From an uncultured cyanobacterium (GTDB lineage Bacteria > Cyanobacteriota > Cyanobacteriia > PCC-9006 > JAAUQQ01), in NCBI GenBank assembly GCA_963718615.1, contig OY970368.1:4480001-4544000 (forward strand): a stretch of 64,000 nt of DNA, written 5' to 3'. The notes below the pieces were generated by a model that was not told the DNA's origin, searched no databases, and saw only the letters and a list, made by a program, of their open reading frames with translations. The number at the start of each line of letters is the position of its first letter. The first letter of the stretch is position 1. Position numbers and translations under genes: made by a program. Shown here piece after piece: positions 10,224 to 20,011 of the stretch.

Positions 10224-13019
10224 ATGCCGCAGTTCAGCCCTGGAATTCGTGCCGGGATTCGTCTTGGAATTCAACGGCTGGTTTGCCTCGCGTTAATTGG
10301 TGTTTTAGCGGTGGGAACCGTCGGCTGTGGCAGCAATTCGCCCGGATTGGCGACGACTCCAGACACACCCGTGCTAAAGCCTGAACAACGGGGCAGCAAG
10401 ATTTCCGAAGTTTCCCCGCCTGCTGTGATTCAGGAGCTGCGGCAAAGTCTGGATGAGTATCAGCCTCAGGTCAAGATTTTGAGCCCCAAGCCCGATACGG
10501 TTCTAGAAGACAATCAAGTAGAGGTTCGCTTCAAGGTTTCGGATTTACCTCTATTTAAAGATCCCCATTTGGGACTTGGACCCCATCTACATGTTTTTCT
10601 CGATGATCAGCCCTATGTAGCGGTCTATAGCGCTGATGAAGTTCTAACGTTTAGCGATCTGGCCCCCGGAAGCCATACACTGCGAGTTTTTGCCTCTCGA
10701 CCCTGGCACGAAAGTTTTAAGAACGAAGGGGCCTATGCCCAAACCACGTTCCATGTATTTACGAAAACGCCCCAAAGTATTCCGGATCCAGAGCGTCCTC
10801 TCATTACCTATAGTCGTCCCCAGGGCAGCTACGGAGCTGAGCCGATTATGCTCGACTACTACTTAAGTAATGCACCGCTCCATTTTGTAGCCCAGGATGA
10901 TGCCCAGGATGAGATTGCAGACTGGCGGATTCGCTGCACGATCAATGGGGAGAGCTTTACGGTCGATCGCTGGCAGCCGCTCTATTTAAAGGGATTCAAA
11001 AAGGGCAAAAACTGGCTAAAACTGGAATTTCTCGATGAACAGGGCGAAGTGGTCGAGAATGTCTTTAATACTGGCGTGCGGATTATTGACTATCAGCCCG
11101 GTGGCCAGGACGCCTTGGCAAAATTGGTGCGAGGCCATATTTCCGCAAGAAATGCACGCGGCATCGTAGAGCAGGGCTATATTGCACCGGAACCCGAGCT
11201 CCTTGAGCCGGAAATGATTGAACCGGCAGCCCCTGAACTGGCAGCCCCTGAACCGGAAGTTCTGGAACCGGAAGCCTTTGAACCGGAAGCTATCACCTCC
11301 CCTGAACCCAAACGTGATCTGCCTGTGTTGATTCCGACCCCAGTCATCCCAGCACAACCGGCAGAACCTGAGGGTCCATCCCTGGAAGATCGTCTAGCTC
11401 CGGCGCTGAAGGCGGAAGAATCCTTAGGAGAGAGACAGGTGGAGGAGTTGCCTCCGTCGGGCCTGCTGGAACAAGAGGCTCCGATCGCCCCCGCCCCCCC
11501 TCAAACCGACAAGCAGCCCGGTGGTTTCTTCAGCCGCTTTGGTCAGAAGCAGCCCCCGACCTCGATCCAAAGCAAGCCTGCTCAAGGCAAACCAGATCAA
11601 GCCCTAGAAGCACCGATCGTACCCGCAGCCCCGGAGCAACCAGTCCAGGACCTGATCGAACCTGAATCGACCGAACCCGAGACAGCGGTTCAATCCGAGC
11701 AGCTGCAAAAGCTAAAGGAATCGATTAAATCACTCACGGGTGAATCCATCCCTGAGGTTCCCCTGGACGACTCAACCGCAGAAGAGGAAGAAGAAGTAAT
11801 AGAGGAAGAGGTAATAGAAGAAACCGCGACTGAACCTGTTCCTGCTGCGTCTAAAGAAGTTGTGAAACCCAAGCCATTCTGGCAGCGATTCCAACGGCCT
11901 GAGTCTGGCGTAACGCCTGCGCCTGTGGCGGTGCCTGAATCTTTCGGATTACCGGAGGAATCGGCGATCGAATCGGTCCCGGTGATCGAACCTGAAGAGA
12001 CTGAATCTGAGACTGAATCTAAAGTTACCGAGCCGGAACTCACCGAGCCGGAAGCGACTCAACCCAGAGTCGAACCCACCGAAGACGAACCCGTGCCTAT
12101 AGCTCCGATCGCTCCGAAGCCCTTTTGGCAACGCTTCCAGCCTCCCAAACCTGCGGTCACGCCTTCCCCCATCACCATTCCCGAGAATCTAGGAATACCG
12201 GAGTCGGAAGCGATCGAATCGGTTGAGATCGCTGCACCGGAACCTCAAACTTCGAGTGCTGATGGGGACGAAGATAACGCGATCGCCCCTGCAACAGACC
12301 TCAACCCTGAAGCCAAATCTAAAGCCAAATCCGCAGCCCAACCTTTCTGGCAACGATTCCAGGCCCCCAAGCCTGCGGTAACTTCTGAACCAGTGGAGCC
12401 CGAATTTTTAGAGATTCCTGAGGATATTCCCGAGGCAGAGGCGATCGAATCAGTGCCCGTGACGGATGGTGAGGCGGCTGAGCCCGAGGATCTCTCGGAA
12501 AAGACGACTCAACCCGCTGTCCCCAAACCCTTCTGGCAGCGCATCCAGTCCTCAATGCCGACTATGGCAACTCCCAAAGTAGAGGCTGAACCGGAGATTC
12601 AAACGGAAGCAGTAAAAACAGTAGAGGCTGAGATGGAGGTCGCTGAACCGGAGGTGACCGAGTCAGAGGTTACAAAATCTGAGGTTGGTGAATCTGAAGT
12701 TAGTCAATCCGAGCCTAAAGTCAAGCCTGCATCGAAGCCGTTTTGGCAAAGAATTCAGGCTCCCAAAGCACCTAAGGCGGAGGTAGTTCCCGAGGCAGAG
12801 ATAGTCCCTGAGGTAGAAGTTATTGCCGAACCTCAACCCTCTCCAGAGCCAACGCTAGATTTTGACCAAGCCTTCCAGCGCTTTGAGCAAAAACTGCAAA
12901 CCAGCAGGTCTAGCGCCAAAGATCAGATTCCAGAAAAAGCAGTGGATGTTTTTGGAGGAGAAGGTGCGGTCGAAGACACAGGACCAAAACTGGATGCCAG
13001 TGATATTTTTGGCTCTTAA
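10224..13019 (+). CDS. Putative lipoprotein: N-terminal globular domain plus a long acidic Pro/Glu-rich tail with repeated PFWQR motifs
   Basis: Signal peptide ending in a lipobox-like VGTVGC. About 300 aa folded-looking region (GPHLHVFLDD, SRPWHESFK), then about 600 aa of low-complexity sequence. Confidence 0.8.
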   Translation: MPQFSPGIRAGIRLGIQRLVCLALIGVLAVGTVGCGSNSPGLATTPDTPVLKPEQRGSKISEVSPPAVIQELRQSLDEYQPQVKILSPKPDTVLEDNQVEVRFKVSDLPLFKDPHLGLGPHLHVFLDDQPYVAVYSADEVLTFSDLAPGSHTLRVFASRPWHESFKNEGAYAQTTFHVFTKTPQSIPDPERPLITYSRPQGSYGAEPIMLDYYLSNAPLHFVAQDDAQDEIADWRIRCTINGESFTVDRWQPLYLKGFKKGKNWLKLEFLDEQGEVVENVFNTGVRIIDYQPGGQDALAKLVRGHISARNARGIVEQGYIAPEPELLEPEMIEPAAPELAAPEPEVLEPEAFEPEAITSPEPKRDLPVLIPTPVIPAQPAEPEGPSLEDRLAPALKAEESLGERQVEELPPSGLLEQEAPIAPAPPQTDKQPGGFFSRFGQKQPPTSIQSKPAQGKPDQALEAPIVPAAPEQPVQDLIEPESTEPETAVQSEQLQKLKESIKSLTGESIPEVPLDDSTAEEEEEVIEEEVIEETATEPVPAASKEVVKPKPFWQRFQRPESGVTPAPVAVPESFGLPEESAIESVPVIEPEETESETESKVTEPELTEPEATQPRVEPTEDEPVPIAPIAPKPFWQRFQPPKPAVTPSPITIPENLGIPESEAIESVEIAAPEPQTSSADGDEDNAIAPATDLNPEAKSKAKSAAQPFWQRFQAPKPAVTSEPVEPEFLEIPEDIPEAEAIESVPVTDGEAAEPEDLSEKTTQPAVPKPFWQRIQSSMPTMATPKVEAEPEIQTEAVKTVEAEMEVAEPEVTESEVTKSEVGESEVSQSEPKVKPASKPFWQRIQAPKAPKAEVVPEAEIVPEVEVIAEPQPSPEPTLDFDQAFQRFEQKLQTSRSSAKDQIPEKAVDVFGGEGAVEDTGPKLDASDIFGS

Positions 13020-13339
13020 AAGCTTCGATATTTGTTAGTTTGACTAGGAAAACGATCGGCTGGGGACGGGGCGATCGCTCAACCTTTCAGGTCTTTGTCC
13101 GCTGGGGATTTATGCCCTATTTGATCATGGCTATAGGTCAGTTAGCTGAGAGAAAAAGATTAGAGATCAGGAGAGGGAAAGCTGAGAGAGCAAAGCCTAT
13201 AGGTTTCCAGATGCAGAAGCCCAAAGTGGCTTGCATCGTCGATAGTCCTATTGGGTAAGGGCACTACCTCATCCGGTACGACAAACTCACCCGCACACAG
13301 ACCAACCCAGACGCCAAAAAACATCCAGTGTCTGAGAGG

Positions 13340-14584
13340 TTAATCGTCCCGATCGCTTGTTAACCTTTCAAACAACGTTGCCAACACCTGATTTGAAAAC
13401 AAAAATCCTTCCGGATCTTCAAAGCAAAGCCATTGCTCAAAAGCTTGCAATCCAAATTGCTTTAACCCATCCTCACGCCTCACCCATCCTCTCAACTCAA
13501 ACGGCTGAATCGCAGCTAAAATTGCGTCAACAACCGCCTCGCCAAATCCTGACTTGATGCCAGTCAAACTTACCCCCCTTGCCAACCGCATCCCTAACAT
13601 CAATGTTTCTAAAAGCTCATCCAGCGGAGACAGTGCTTCCCCGTAATATTCCTCCGGCGTTAACCCTCGGAGTTCTAATGCCTCTAGTTGCTTGAGCCAG
13701 TCATAGTAGGTTCGCGTCGTGCGCGATCGCGTCCAGCGATACCCCCTCACATAACTCGCCGCCCCCATGCCAAAACCGTAATAGGGCCGCATTTCCCAAT
13801 AGACCTGATTGTGACCACAACTAAATCCTGGCTTGGCATAATTGGACACCTCATAATGATCAAACCCCGCCGCCGTCAGCCGCGCCTGGGCCAGCCGATA
13901 CATTTGGGCCGTTGCGTCGTCACTGGGGAGGGGTTGGGCTCCACCTTCGTAGCGCTTGCCAAACACCGTTACCGGCTCCAGGACAAGGTCATAGGCCGAG
14001 AGATGCTGGGGCGTGAGGGCGATCGCCTGCGCCAACGAGTCCTCCCAATCCCCCAGGGTTTGCCCCGGTAGCCCTGAAATCAAATCCAAGCTGTAATTTT
14101 CTACCCCCGCCTGCCGCACCAAGGCCACCGCCTCGTAAATTTCCGAGACACCATGGGTGCGTCCGCAGGCCGCCAGCAAATGAGGCTGAAACGCCTGGGC
14201 CCCCAGACTGATGCGGTTGACTCCGGCCTCGCCATAGCCCTGGACCTGGGCCAAATCAAACGTCCCTGGATCCATTTCGATGGAAATTTCCGCCTCGGGC
14301 GCAATGCCCAATTGATCCCGGAGCGTCTCCAAAATCAGCCTTAGTTGCCCCACGGACAGCAGCGAAGGCGTTCCACCGCCAAAAAATACGGTTTGCAGCG
14401 GTGGCTGGGGGCCTTGGGGGCGGCTCAGGCGAATTTCTTGGCACAGGGCTTGCACATACTGGACGATCGCTCCAGATTCCTCACCTCGACGGCGATCGCC
14501 CACCACCGACACCGGAAAATCGCAATAAAAACAGCGGCGACGACAAAAGGGAATATGGAGATAGGCAGAGGTCGGCGGTATCAC
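13340..14584 (-). CDS. hemW: Radical SAM heme chaperone HemW (HemN-like)
   Basis: YLHIPFCRRRCFYCDF, FFGGGTPS, YEVSNY, HNQVYW. Confidence 0.92.
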   Translation of the reverse strand: MIPPTSAYLHIPFCRRRCFYCDFPVSVVGDRRRGEESGAIVQYVQALCQEIRLSRPQGPQPPLQTVFFGGGTPSLLSVGQLRLILETLRDQLGIAPEAEISIEMDPGTFDLAQVQGYGEAGVNRISLGAQAFQPHLLAACGRTHGVSEIYEAVALVRQAGVENYSLDLISGLPGQTLGDWEDSLAQAIALTPQHLSAYDLVLEPVTVFGKRYEGGAQPLPSDDATAQMYRLAQARLTAAGFDHYEVSNYAKPGFSCGHNQVYWEMRPYYGFGMGAASYVRGYRWTRSRTTRTYYDWLKQLEALELRGLTPEEYYGEALSPLDELLETLMLGMRLARGVSLTGIKSGFGEAVVDAILAAIQPFELRGWVRREDGLKQFGLQAFEQWLCFEDPEGFLFSNQVLATLFERLTSDRDD

Positions 14585-14679
14585 GGTTGGGGGAGAACGT
14601 ATAATAGTCAGGACCTAGCCATTGCTGAACCGCTGCTTGAACCGCTGATTAAACTGCTAAATTTGGCCCTATTCGGTCT

Positions 14680-15765
14680 ATGACCATGCTTGACGCTGTC
14701 GTCATTCTCTCATTCATTTTGGCAGGCTTGGGGATCGGGTTTTATGGGATCGACTTTTTGCCCGTCTCCGCCTTGCAACAAGTTAATAACCTGGAGGGAC
14801 TGCGGTTCGTTTCGGGTGCCTTTGGTGCGCTGATTTTTTGGGCGGTGGGGTTGGTCGTTCAGGGGAGCTACCGACGCATCCAAAACCAGATTCGTAACCT
14901 ACCCGCCGATATCTTGCTGGGGCGGGCGGTGGGCCTTGTGGTGGGCCTGCTGATTGCCAACTTGGTTTTGGCCCCGGTCCTGTTATTGCCAATTCCTTCG
15001 GAGTTTTCGTTTATCAAACCGATGACGGCGGTGCTGAGCAGCTTGCTGTTTGGCATGCTAGGGGTGAATTTGGCCGATACCCATGGGCGATCGCTCCTGC
15101 GGCTGTTCAATCCCAACTCCAGCGAGATGCTGATGGTGGCCGAGGGGACGCTCACGACAGCGGTAACGAAGGTGATCGACACGAGCTGCATCATCGACGG
15201 ACGGATCCAGGCCCTGCTCGACACGGGCTTTCTCGAAGGCAAATTGCTCGTGCCCCAGTTTGTTCTCCAGGAGTTACAGCAGGTAGCCGATTCTTCCAGC
15301 GACCAAAAGCGGGCGCGGGGACGGCGGGGCCTAGACCTACTCAATCGGTTACGCAACGACTATCCCCAACGGGTGGTAATCAGTCCGGCGGACTATCCCG
15401 AGATCCCCACGGTGGATGCCAAGCTGGTGAAGCTGGCCCAGGATATCGATGGCATTTTGTTGACCAACGACTACAACCTCAGCAAGGTTGCCACGGTTCA
15501 GTCCGTGGAGGTCCTCAATGTCAATGAACTCTCCAAAGCGCTACGGCCCAACTATTTACCCGGCGACAGTCTCAACCTCAGAATTTTGAAAGAGGGCAAA
15601 GAGCCGACCCAAGGCGTCGGCTATCTTGAAGATGGCACGATGGTGGTGGTCGAAGAGGGGCGAGATTATGTCGGCGGTGAGCTGGATGTGGTGGTGACCG
15701 GGGCGCTACAAACCTCGGCAGGACGGATGATTTTTGCGCGGCCTACGGAGGCGGCGATCGCTTAA
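14680..15765 (+). CDS. Membrane PIN/TRAM domain protein (YacL-like)
   Basis: Four TM helices; PIN motifs IDTSCIIDGR, RGRRGLD, TNDYNL; TRAM GVGYLEDGTMVVVE. Confidence 0.93.
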   Translation: MTMLDAVVILSFILAGLGIGFYGIDFLPVSALQQVNNLEGLRFVSGAFGALIFWAVGLVVQGSYRRIQNQIRNLPADILLGRAVGLVVGLLIANLVLAPVLLLPIPSEFSFIKPMTAVLSSLLFGMLGVNLADTHGRSLLRLFNPNSSEMLMVAEGTLTTAVTKVIDTSCIIDGRIQALLDTGFLEGKLLVPQFVLQELQQVADSSSDQKRARGRRGLDLLNRLRNDYPQRVVISPADYPEIPTVDAKLVKLAQDIDGILLTNDYNLSKVATVQSVEVLNVNELSKALRPNYLPGDSLNLRILKEGKEPTQGVGYLEDGTMVVVEEGRDYVGGELDVVVTGALQTSAGRMIFARPTEAAIA

Positions 15766-15781
15766 ATCAAGATTGGGTAAA

Positions 15782-16195
15782 TCAAGATTGGGGCTTCGTG
15801 GCGATCGCCACCCTCACGCCCTCGATCCGCCGCAGTTGGTCCATTACCTTCACCACCTGACCATGACGAACCGCTTCGTCAACGTTCAAAATCACCAAGA
15901 GTACAGGCTGTTCGCCCTTGATCTGGCGGATGCGATCGTCTAGGTTTTCGATCGCCACCTCGTCCCGATTGACAAAGATTTGACCCTTGGAGCGAATAGT
16001 AACGAGGGCATCGAGATTGTTCTGCTGGAGCTGGGCGGTGGAGGCACCGGGCAAATTTACCGGTAGGCTTTCCACCCGCGAAAGCGTTAGCGTTGCCATG
16101 ACAAAAAACGTCAAAATCGCAAAAATGACATCAATCATCGGCACGATATTAATTTGTGCGGGAACATCCAGCTCATCATCATCACGAAGACGCAT
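15782..16195 (-). CDS. exbD: Biopolymer transporter ExbD
   Basis: INIVPMIDVIFAILTFF; start at 16195 overlaps the exbB end. Confidence 0.92.
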   Translation of the reverse strand: MRLRDDDELDVPAQINIVPMIDVIFAILTFFVMATLTLSRVESLPVNLPGASTAQLQQNNLDALVTIRSKGQIFVNRDEVAIENLDDRIRQIKGEQPVLLVILNVDEAVRHGQVVKVMDQLRRIEGVRVAIATKPQS

Positions 16196-16838
16196 AGGTT
16201 GAACCTCCCTTGCGATCCTGAAGCTGATGACGACGATAGAGCAATTCCAGTTGCCCGCCGTATTCTTCAATTAAGGCCCGCTGTCGTCGATAGAGCCCCC
16301 GAAAGGCATTGGCAAACAGCAAGACCGTGATTGCAACGACCAGCCCCGTAGCCGTCGAGACCAGCGCTTCACTAATGCCCGTGGTCACCAATCCATTCTG
16401 TGCACCATCGCCACTGCCGATGCGAAGGGAGGCAAAGGAGCGAATTAAACCGAGGATGGTTCCCAATAGTCCCAGGAGAGGCGCAACGTTAATCACCGTG
16501 TCAAAAATTGTCCCAAACCGCCTAAGAATCGGCAATTCCGCCTGACCTGCACTTTCGAGGGCCAGACGGAATTCATCCGGGGTGGGATATTCTAGCTCCA
16601 CCGCCGCCAGAAAAATGCGGGCAATGGGCAGATCAGCATTTTGTTTGAGCTTTTTGTAGGCCAAGGCAGGACTTTCGCGGTAAAGCTTCAAAGCTTCCCG
16701 AACCAAAGGTTCTTGGCGCTGGAGCAGCGTGGCCCAAAAAAAGCTTCGCTCAAGGATGAGGGCGATCGCCAGGACCGATGCAGCCAGCAATGGCCACATC
16801 ACGACGCCCCCAGCTTGAAAGAGCGATTGAATTGACAT
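16182..16838 (-). CDS. exbB: MotA/TolQ/ExbB proton channel
   Basis: APLLGLLGTILG, GISEALVSTATGL. Confidence 0.92.
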   Translation of the reverse strand: MSIQSLFQAGGVVMWPLLAASVLAIALILERSFFWATLLQRQEPLVREALKLYRESPALAYKKLKQNADLPIARIFLAAVELEYPTPDEFRLALESAGQAELPILRRFGTIFDTVINVAPLLGLLGTILGLIRSFASLRIGSGDGAQNGLVTTGISEALVSTATGLVVAITVLLFANAFRGLYRRQRALIEEYGGQLELLYRRHQLQDRKGGSTYASS

Positions 16839-16913
16839 GCGTGGTATCCCACCCCAAAATTGCCGTTCCTATAGTAACGGGCTGTCGCGAAAGCGACTAT
16901 GGGTCTGACCCGC

Positions 16914-17471
16914 CTACTGCTGGATTCCTTCCGTGGGTGCATCAACTGCTTTCCAACCGGCGAGATTGCCTGCGATACCTGCTACACGGGTATAGCCCAG
17001 AGAAATTAGGGTATTGACAGCCTGCGCAGTCTCAACATCGGTTTCCCCATAGACAAAAATATCTCGCTCCATTTCCAGCATATCGGGCACCTGTTCTGCC
17101 AGGTTCTCGGCAGCAACAGGCACTGCACCCCGGATCCGCTCTTGGTTAAAGTCTGCCCGCTGACGCACGTCAAGGATAGTCAAGGCAGGCTCGCCCCAAT
17201 CTAACCGGCGTTTGATTGCCGCAGGATCAACCGTCGGCGCGTCTGTAGGGTTAGCCATTTGACGGGTTATGCCCTTAGTGGTTTCGGCAGGGGCGGATTT
17301 AGTACCTTCGACAGCATGGGACACACTAGCTTTGGCCTGATCCAAACTATCGTCAAGGTTGCGTTGTACTGGGGTATCGCCAGACTTTAGATCTTCAAAC
17401 GTCTCTTCAATCTGCGCTTGAGTAGCTTTTCCTTGCTGTTTAACGTCTTCTATTTCTTTTGAAATATCCAT
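16914..17471 (-). CDS. Rhodanese-like domain protein
   Basis: LDWGEPALTILDVR...FNQERIRGA, GNLAGWK. Confidence 0.88.
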   Translation of the reverse strand: MDISKEIEDVKQQGKATQAQIEETFEDLKSGDTPVQRNLDDSLDQAKASVSHAVEGTKSAPAETTKGITRQMANPTDAPTVDPAAIKRRLDWGEPALTILDVRQRADFNQERIRGAVPVAAENLAEQVPDMLEMERDIFVYGETDVETAQAVNTLISLGYTRVAGIAGNLAGWKAVDAPTEGIQQ

Positions 17472-17640
17472 AGTGATCTCCGATATTCTGCGGCTTCTTG
17501 ATTAATTACATTAAGTACAGCTTAGAAGAATCCCTAAGGACAACTCCTCTTTCGAAAGGGACATTATGTAGCAAAACCCGGTAGGTTTACAGATAGATTT
17601 ACAGGTCGGCATGCAGATCAGCTTAATGGAATTAATGAAA

Positions 17641-18441
17641 CTAAACTGATGGATTTCTGACTTCTGCGGGTTCAACCCATACTTTCATGTCCTGCAACGT
17701 GAGAGGTCCAAACTGAGTCACTAAGGCCACATCTGCTGCGTCACGACCATAGGCAGTCGCCACTCGATTCCCCATGGGATTTCGCTGTGTTGCATCAAAG
17801 GTATACCAGCGATAGCCTAAAAAAGCCTCAAACCAGGCATGTTGATCCATCGGCTTTAGCCCATAGAGATAGCCCACAACCATCCGTGCCGGAATGTTAA
17901 GACTTCGGCAGAGCGCAATCCCTAAATGGGCAAAGTCGCGGCAAACGCCCTGACGAGTTTCGAGCACGTCACAGGCAGAGGTCGATGCGTTGCTCGTGCC
18001 ATATTGATATTCAATTTGGTCACAAATCCAGCGACGAATTGCTTCAACCTGTCCATAACCGGGTGATAAACCAGAGACGATTTCTGCCGCTTGGTTATAC
18101 AGCTTATCGGATTCACAATAACGACTGGGCAGCAAGTATTGCAAAACCGTTTCCGGTAAATCTGGCACCGAGATAAAAGCAGCAGTCGGATTGACGTCGA
18201 TCTGATCAGCGGTCTCGACACAAGCCTTGACGGACAAAGTAAATTCGCCTTGGGGCACGACCAGCCGTTGGCAAAGATTACCATATCCGTCCGTATATTC
18301 TACGACTGGTACATAGGGAGATAAGCGATATTCCTCTTGAACCACCCACTGGCCATAGCCGCTGCGAGGTCTTAGCATAAACATCGCCGGGGTCGGAATT
18401 GAAGCATTGAAATCCATCGAACAGCCAACTGAAAGACGCAT
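17641..18441 (-). CDS. Transglutaminase-like family protein
   Basis: Catalytic triad motifs GVCRDFAH, HAWFE, FDAT; GRDAADVA. Confidence 0.92.
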   Translation of the reverse strand: MRLSVGCSMDFNASIPTPAMFMLRPRSGYGQWVVQEEYRLSPYVPVVEYTDGYGNLCQRLVVPQGEFTLSVKACVETADQIDVNPTAAFISVPDLPETVLQYLLPSRYCESDKLYNQAAEIVSGLSPGYGQVEAIRRWICDQIEYQYGTSNASTSACDVLETRQGVCRDFAHLGIALCRSLNIPARMVVGYLYGLKPMDQHAWFEAFLGYRWYTFDATQRNPMGNRVATAYGRDAADVALVTQFGPLTLQDMKVWVEPAEVRNPSV

Positions 18442-18646
18442 GGGAAATATCCTAAATGTATGCAAAAAGCAAGAAGAATGCTCCGAGAGGATGTTCTCTT
18501 TTTAGGAGAATGAGAACAGGATTTCATACTGGCCTAAAGACAGAGATTGCAAGCTGCGGTCAAGGTCTCTACCCTAGGGAGGTTCTGACGATTTATCCGA
18601 TCTGTCAAGCTATTTGCCAATCTTTTCTAAATTTCCTTCATACCCT

Positions 18647-18844
18647 ATGAACCGTTTTCGTAGTCCCAAAACCGGCCCTTCGATCGCGCTCTATATCATT
18701 GGTATTGCGCTTTTGGTCGCTGCCATTTTGATTATACTGAACGGCATGGGGGTCCTTTCTGCGATTCCTCCCTATGTTTTTGTCGCAGTTTTACTCATCG
18801 TCATTGGCGCTGGAATTTTGGGTGGGCTACGAAGTTCTCTATAG
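18647..18844 (+). CDS. Small two-TM membrane protein
   Basis: 65 aa with two hydrophobic helices; ATG at 18647. Confidence 0.7.
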   Translation: MNRFRSPKTGPSIALYIIGIALLVAAILIILNGMGVLSAIPPYVFVAVLLIVIGAGILGGLRSSL

Positions 18845-18932
18845 ATGAGTTTGCTATGATTGAGGCTCAATTATCTCGCTAAATTACTGATTATTGCCCA
18901 CTGTTCACCCTTTTCTGCATTTCTCTTGGACT

Positions 18933-19961
18933 ATGGCAGCATTTCACTGGAAGCAGGGTGTAAGCTTCTTGACATTACTTGTTGCTGGATACATTCTCTG
19001 GCGCATTCGTCAGCTCCTTCTACTGGTGTTTCTGGCCATTCTAATTGCTACCCTACTCAACCGTATTGTGCAAGGTCTAACGCGACGGAGTTGGCGACGA
19101 GGTTTAGCGGTTGCCGCAGTCATTCTGGGTAGCCTATTGACGCTGGGTGTTTTAATTACAGCGATCGCCCCACCTTTTATAGAGCAATTAGGCCAGCTTA
19201 CAACCCTCGCGCCTCAAGGGATTGAACAGGTTGAACGCTGGTCTGATCGCCTCAGAAATCTTTCACCTCAGCTCTTTTCTCGCAACTTTGAAGACATTAG
19301 AAGTTGGTTTGAAAACCTCCGTAGTTTTAATTTCCAGACCATCGTCGGGCAATTTTTTTCCTTTTTCTCCAATACACTGAGCATTACCCTCAATCTCTTG
19401 CTCGTTGTGGTTCTCTCTATTATGTTTTTGGCGGCTCCTCAACCCTATCGCAAGGCAGCACTTCGCCTTTTTCCCGCATCCCATCGTTCACACATTGACC
19501 AAATCTTCAATGATTGTGAGTCCTCAATTGTGGGTTGGTTTTCGGGCATTCTCTTTAACATGGCAGTGATCACGGTTTTGAGCGGTTTAGGGCTCTGGAT
19601 TCTTGGTGTACCGCTAGCCTTTGCGAATGCCCTCCTTGCTGGAATGTTGACGTTTATTCCTAATATTGGTCCTGTTTTAAGCGTGATTCCTCCGGTGGCG
19701 ATCGCCCTCCTCAGCTCTCCCCTCAAAGCACTTCTCGTAGTAGTTTTATATTTTGTAATTCAACAAGTAGAAGGTAATCTTCTAACCCCGCTTGTTATGC
19801 AAAAACAGGTCGACTTACTACCAGCCTTGACCTTGCTTTCACAAATTCTCTTTGCGACCCTATTCGGCTTTTTAGGTCTCTTTTTAGCGCTGCCGTTAGC
19901 ACTGGTTATCTATGTGTGGATTGAAGCTCTGTGGATTCAGCCGGTGCTAGATCAATCCTAA
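18933..19961 (+). CDS. AI-2E family transporter
   Basis: FIPNIGP, IQQVEGNLLTPLV, FGFLGLFLALP. Confidence 0.92.
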   Translation: MAAFHWKQGVSFLTLLVAGYILWRIRQLLLLVFLAILIATLLNRIVQGLTRRSWRRGLAVAAVILGSLLTLGVLITAIAPPFIEQLGQLTTLAPQGIEQVERWSDRLRNLSPQLFSRNFEDIRSWFENLRSFNFQTIVGQFFSFFSNTLSITLNLLLVVVLSIMFLAAPQPYRKAALRLFPASHRSHIDQIFNDCESSIVGWFSGILFNMAVITVLSGLGLWILGVPLAFANALLAGMLTFIPNIGPVLSVIPPVAIALLSSPLKALLVVVLYFVIQQVEGNLLTPLVMQKQVDLLPALTLLSQILFATLFGFLGLFLALPLALVIYVWIEALWIQPVLDQS

Positions 19962-20011
19962 TGCCCCTGGAGCAATCCTAGTGTTAAGGAATTCTAAGAC
20001 CTAAAAACAGG

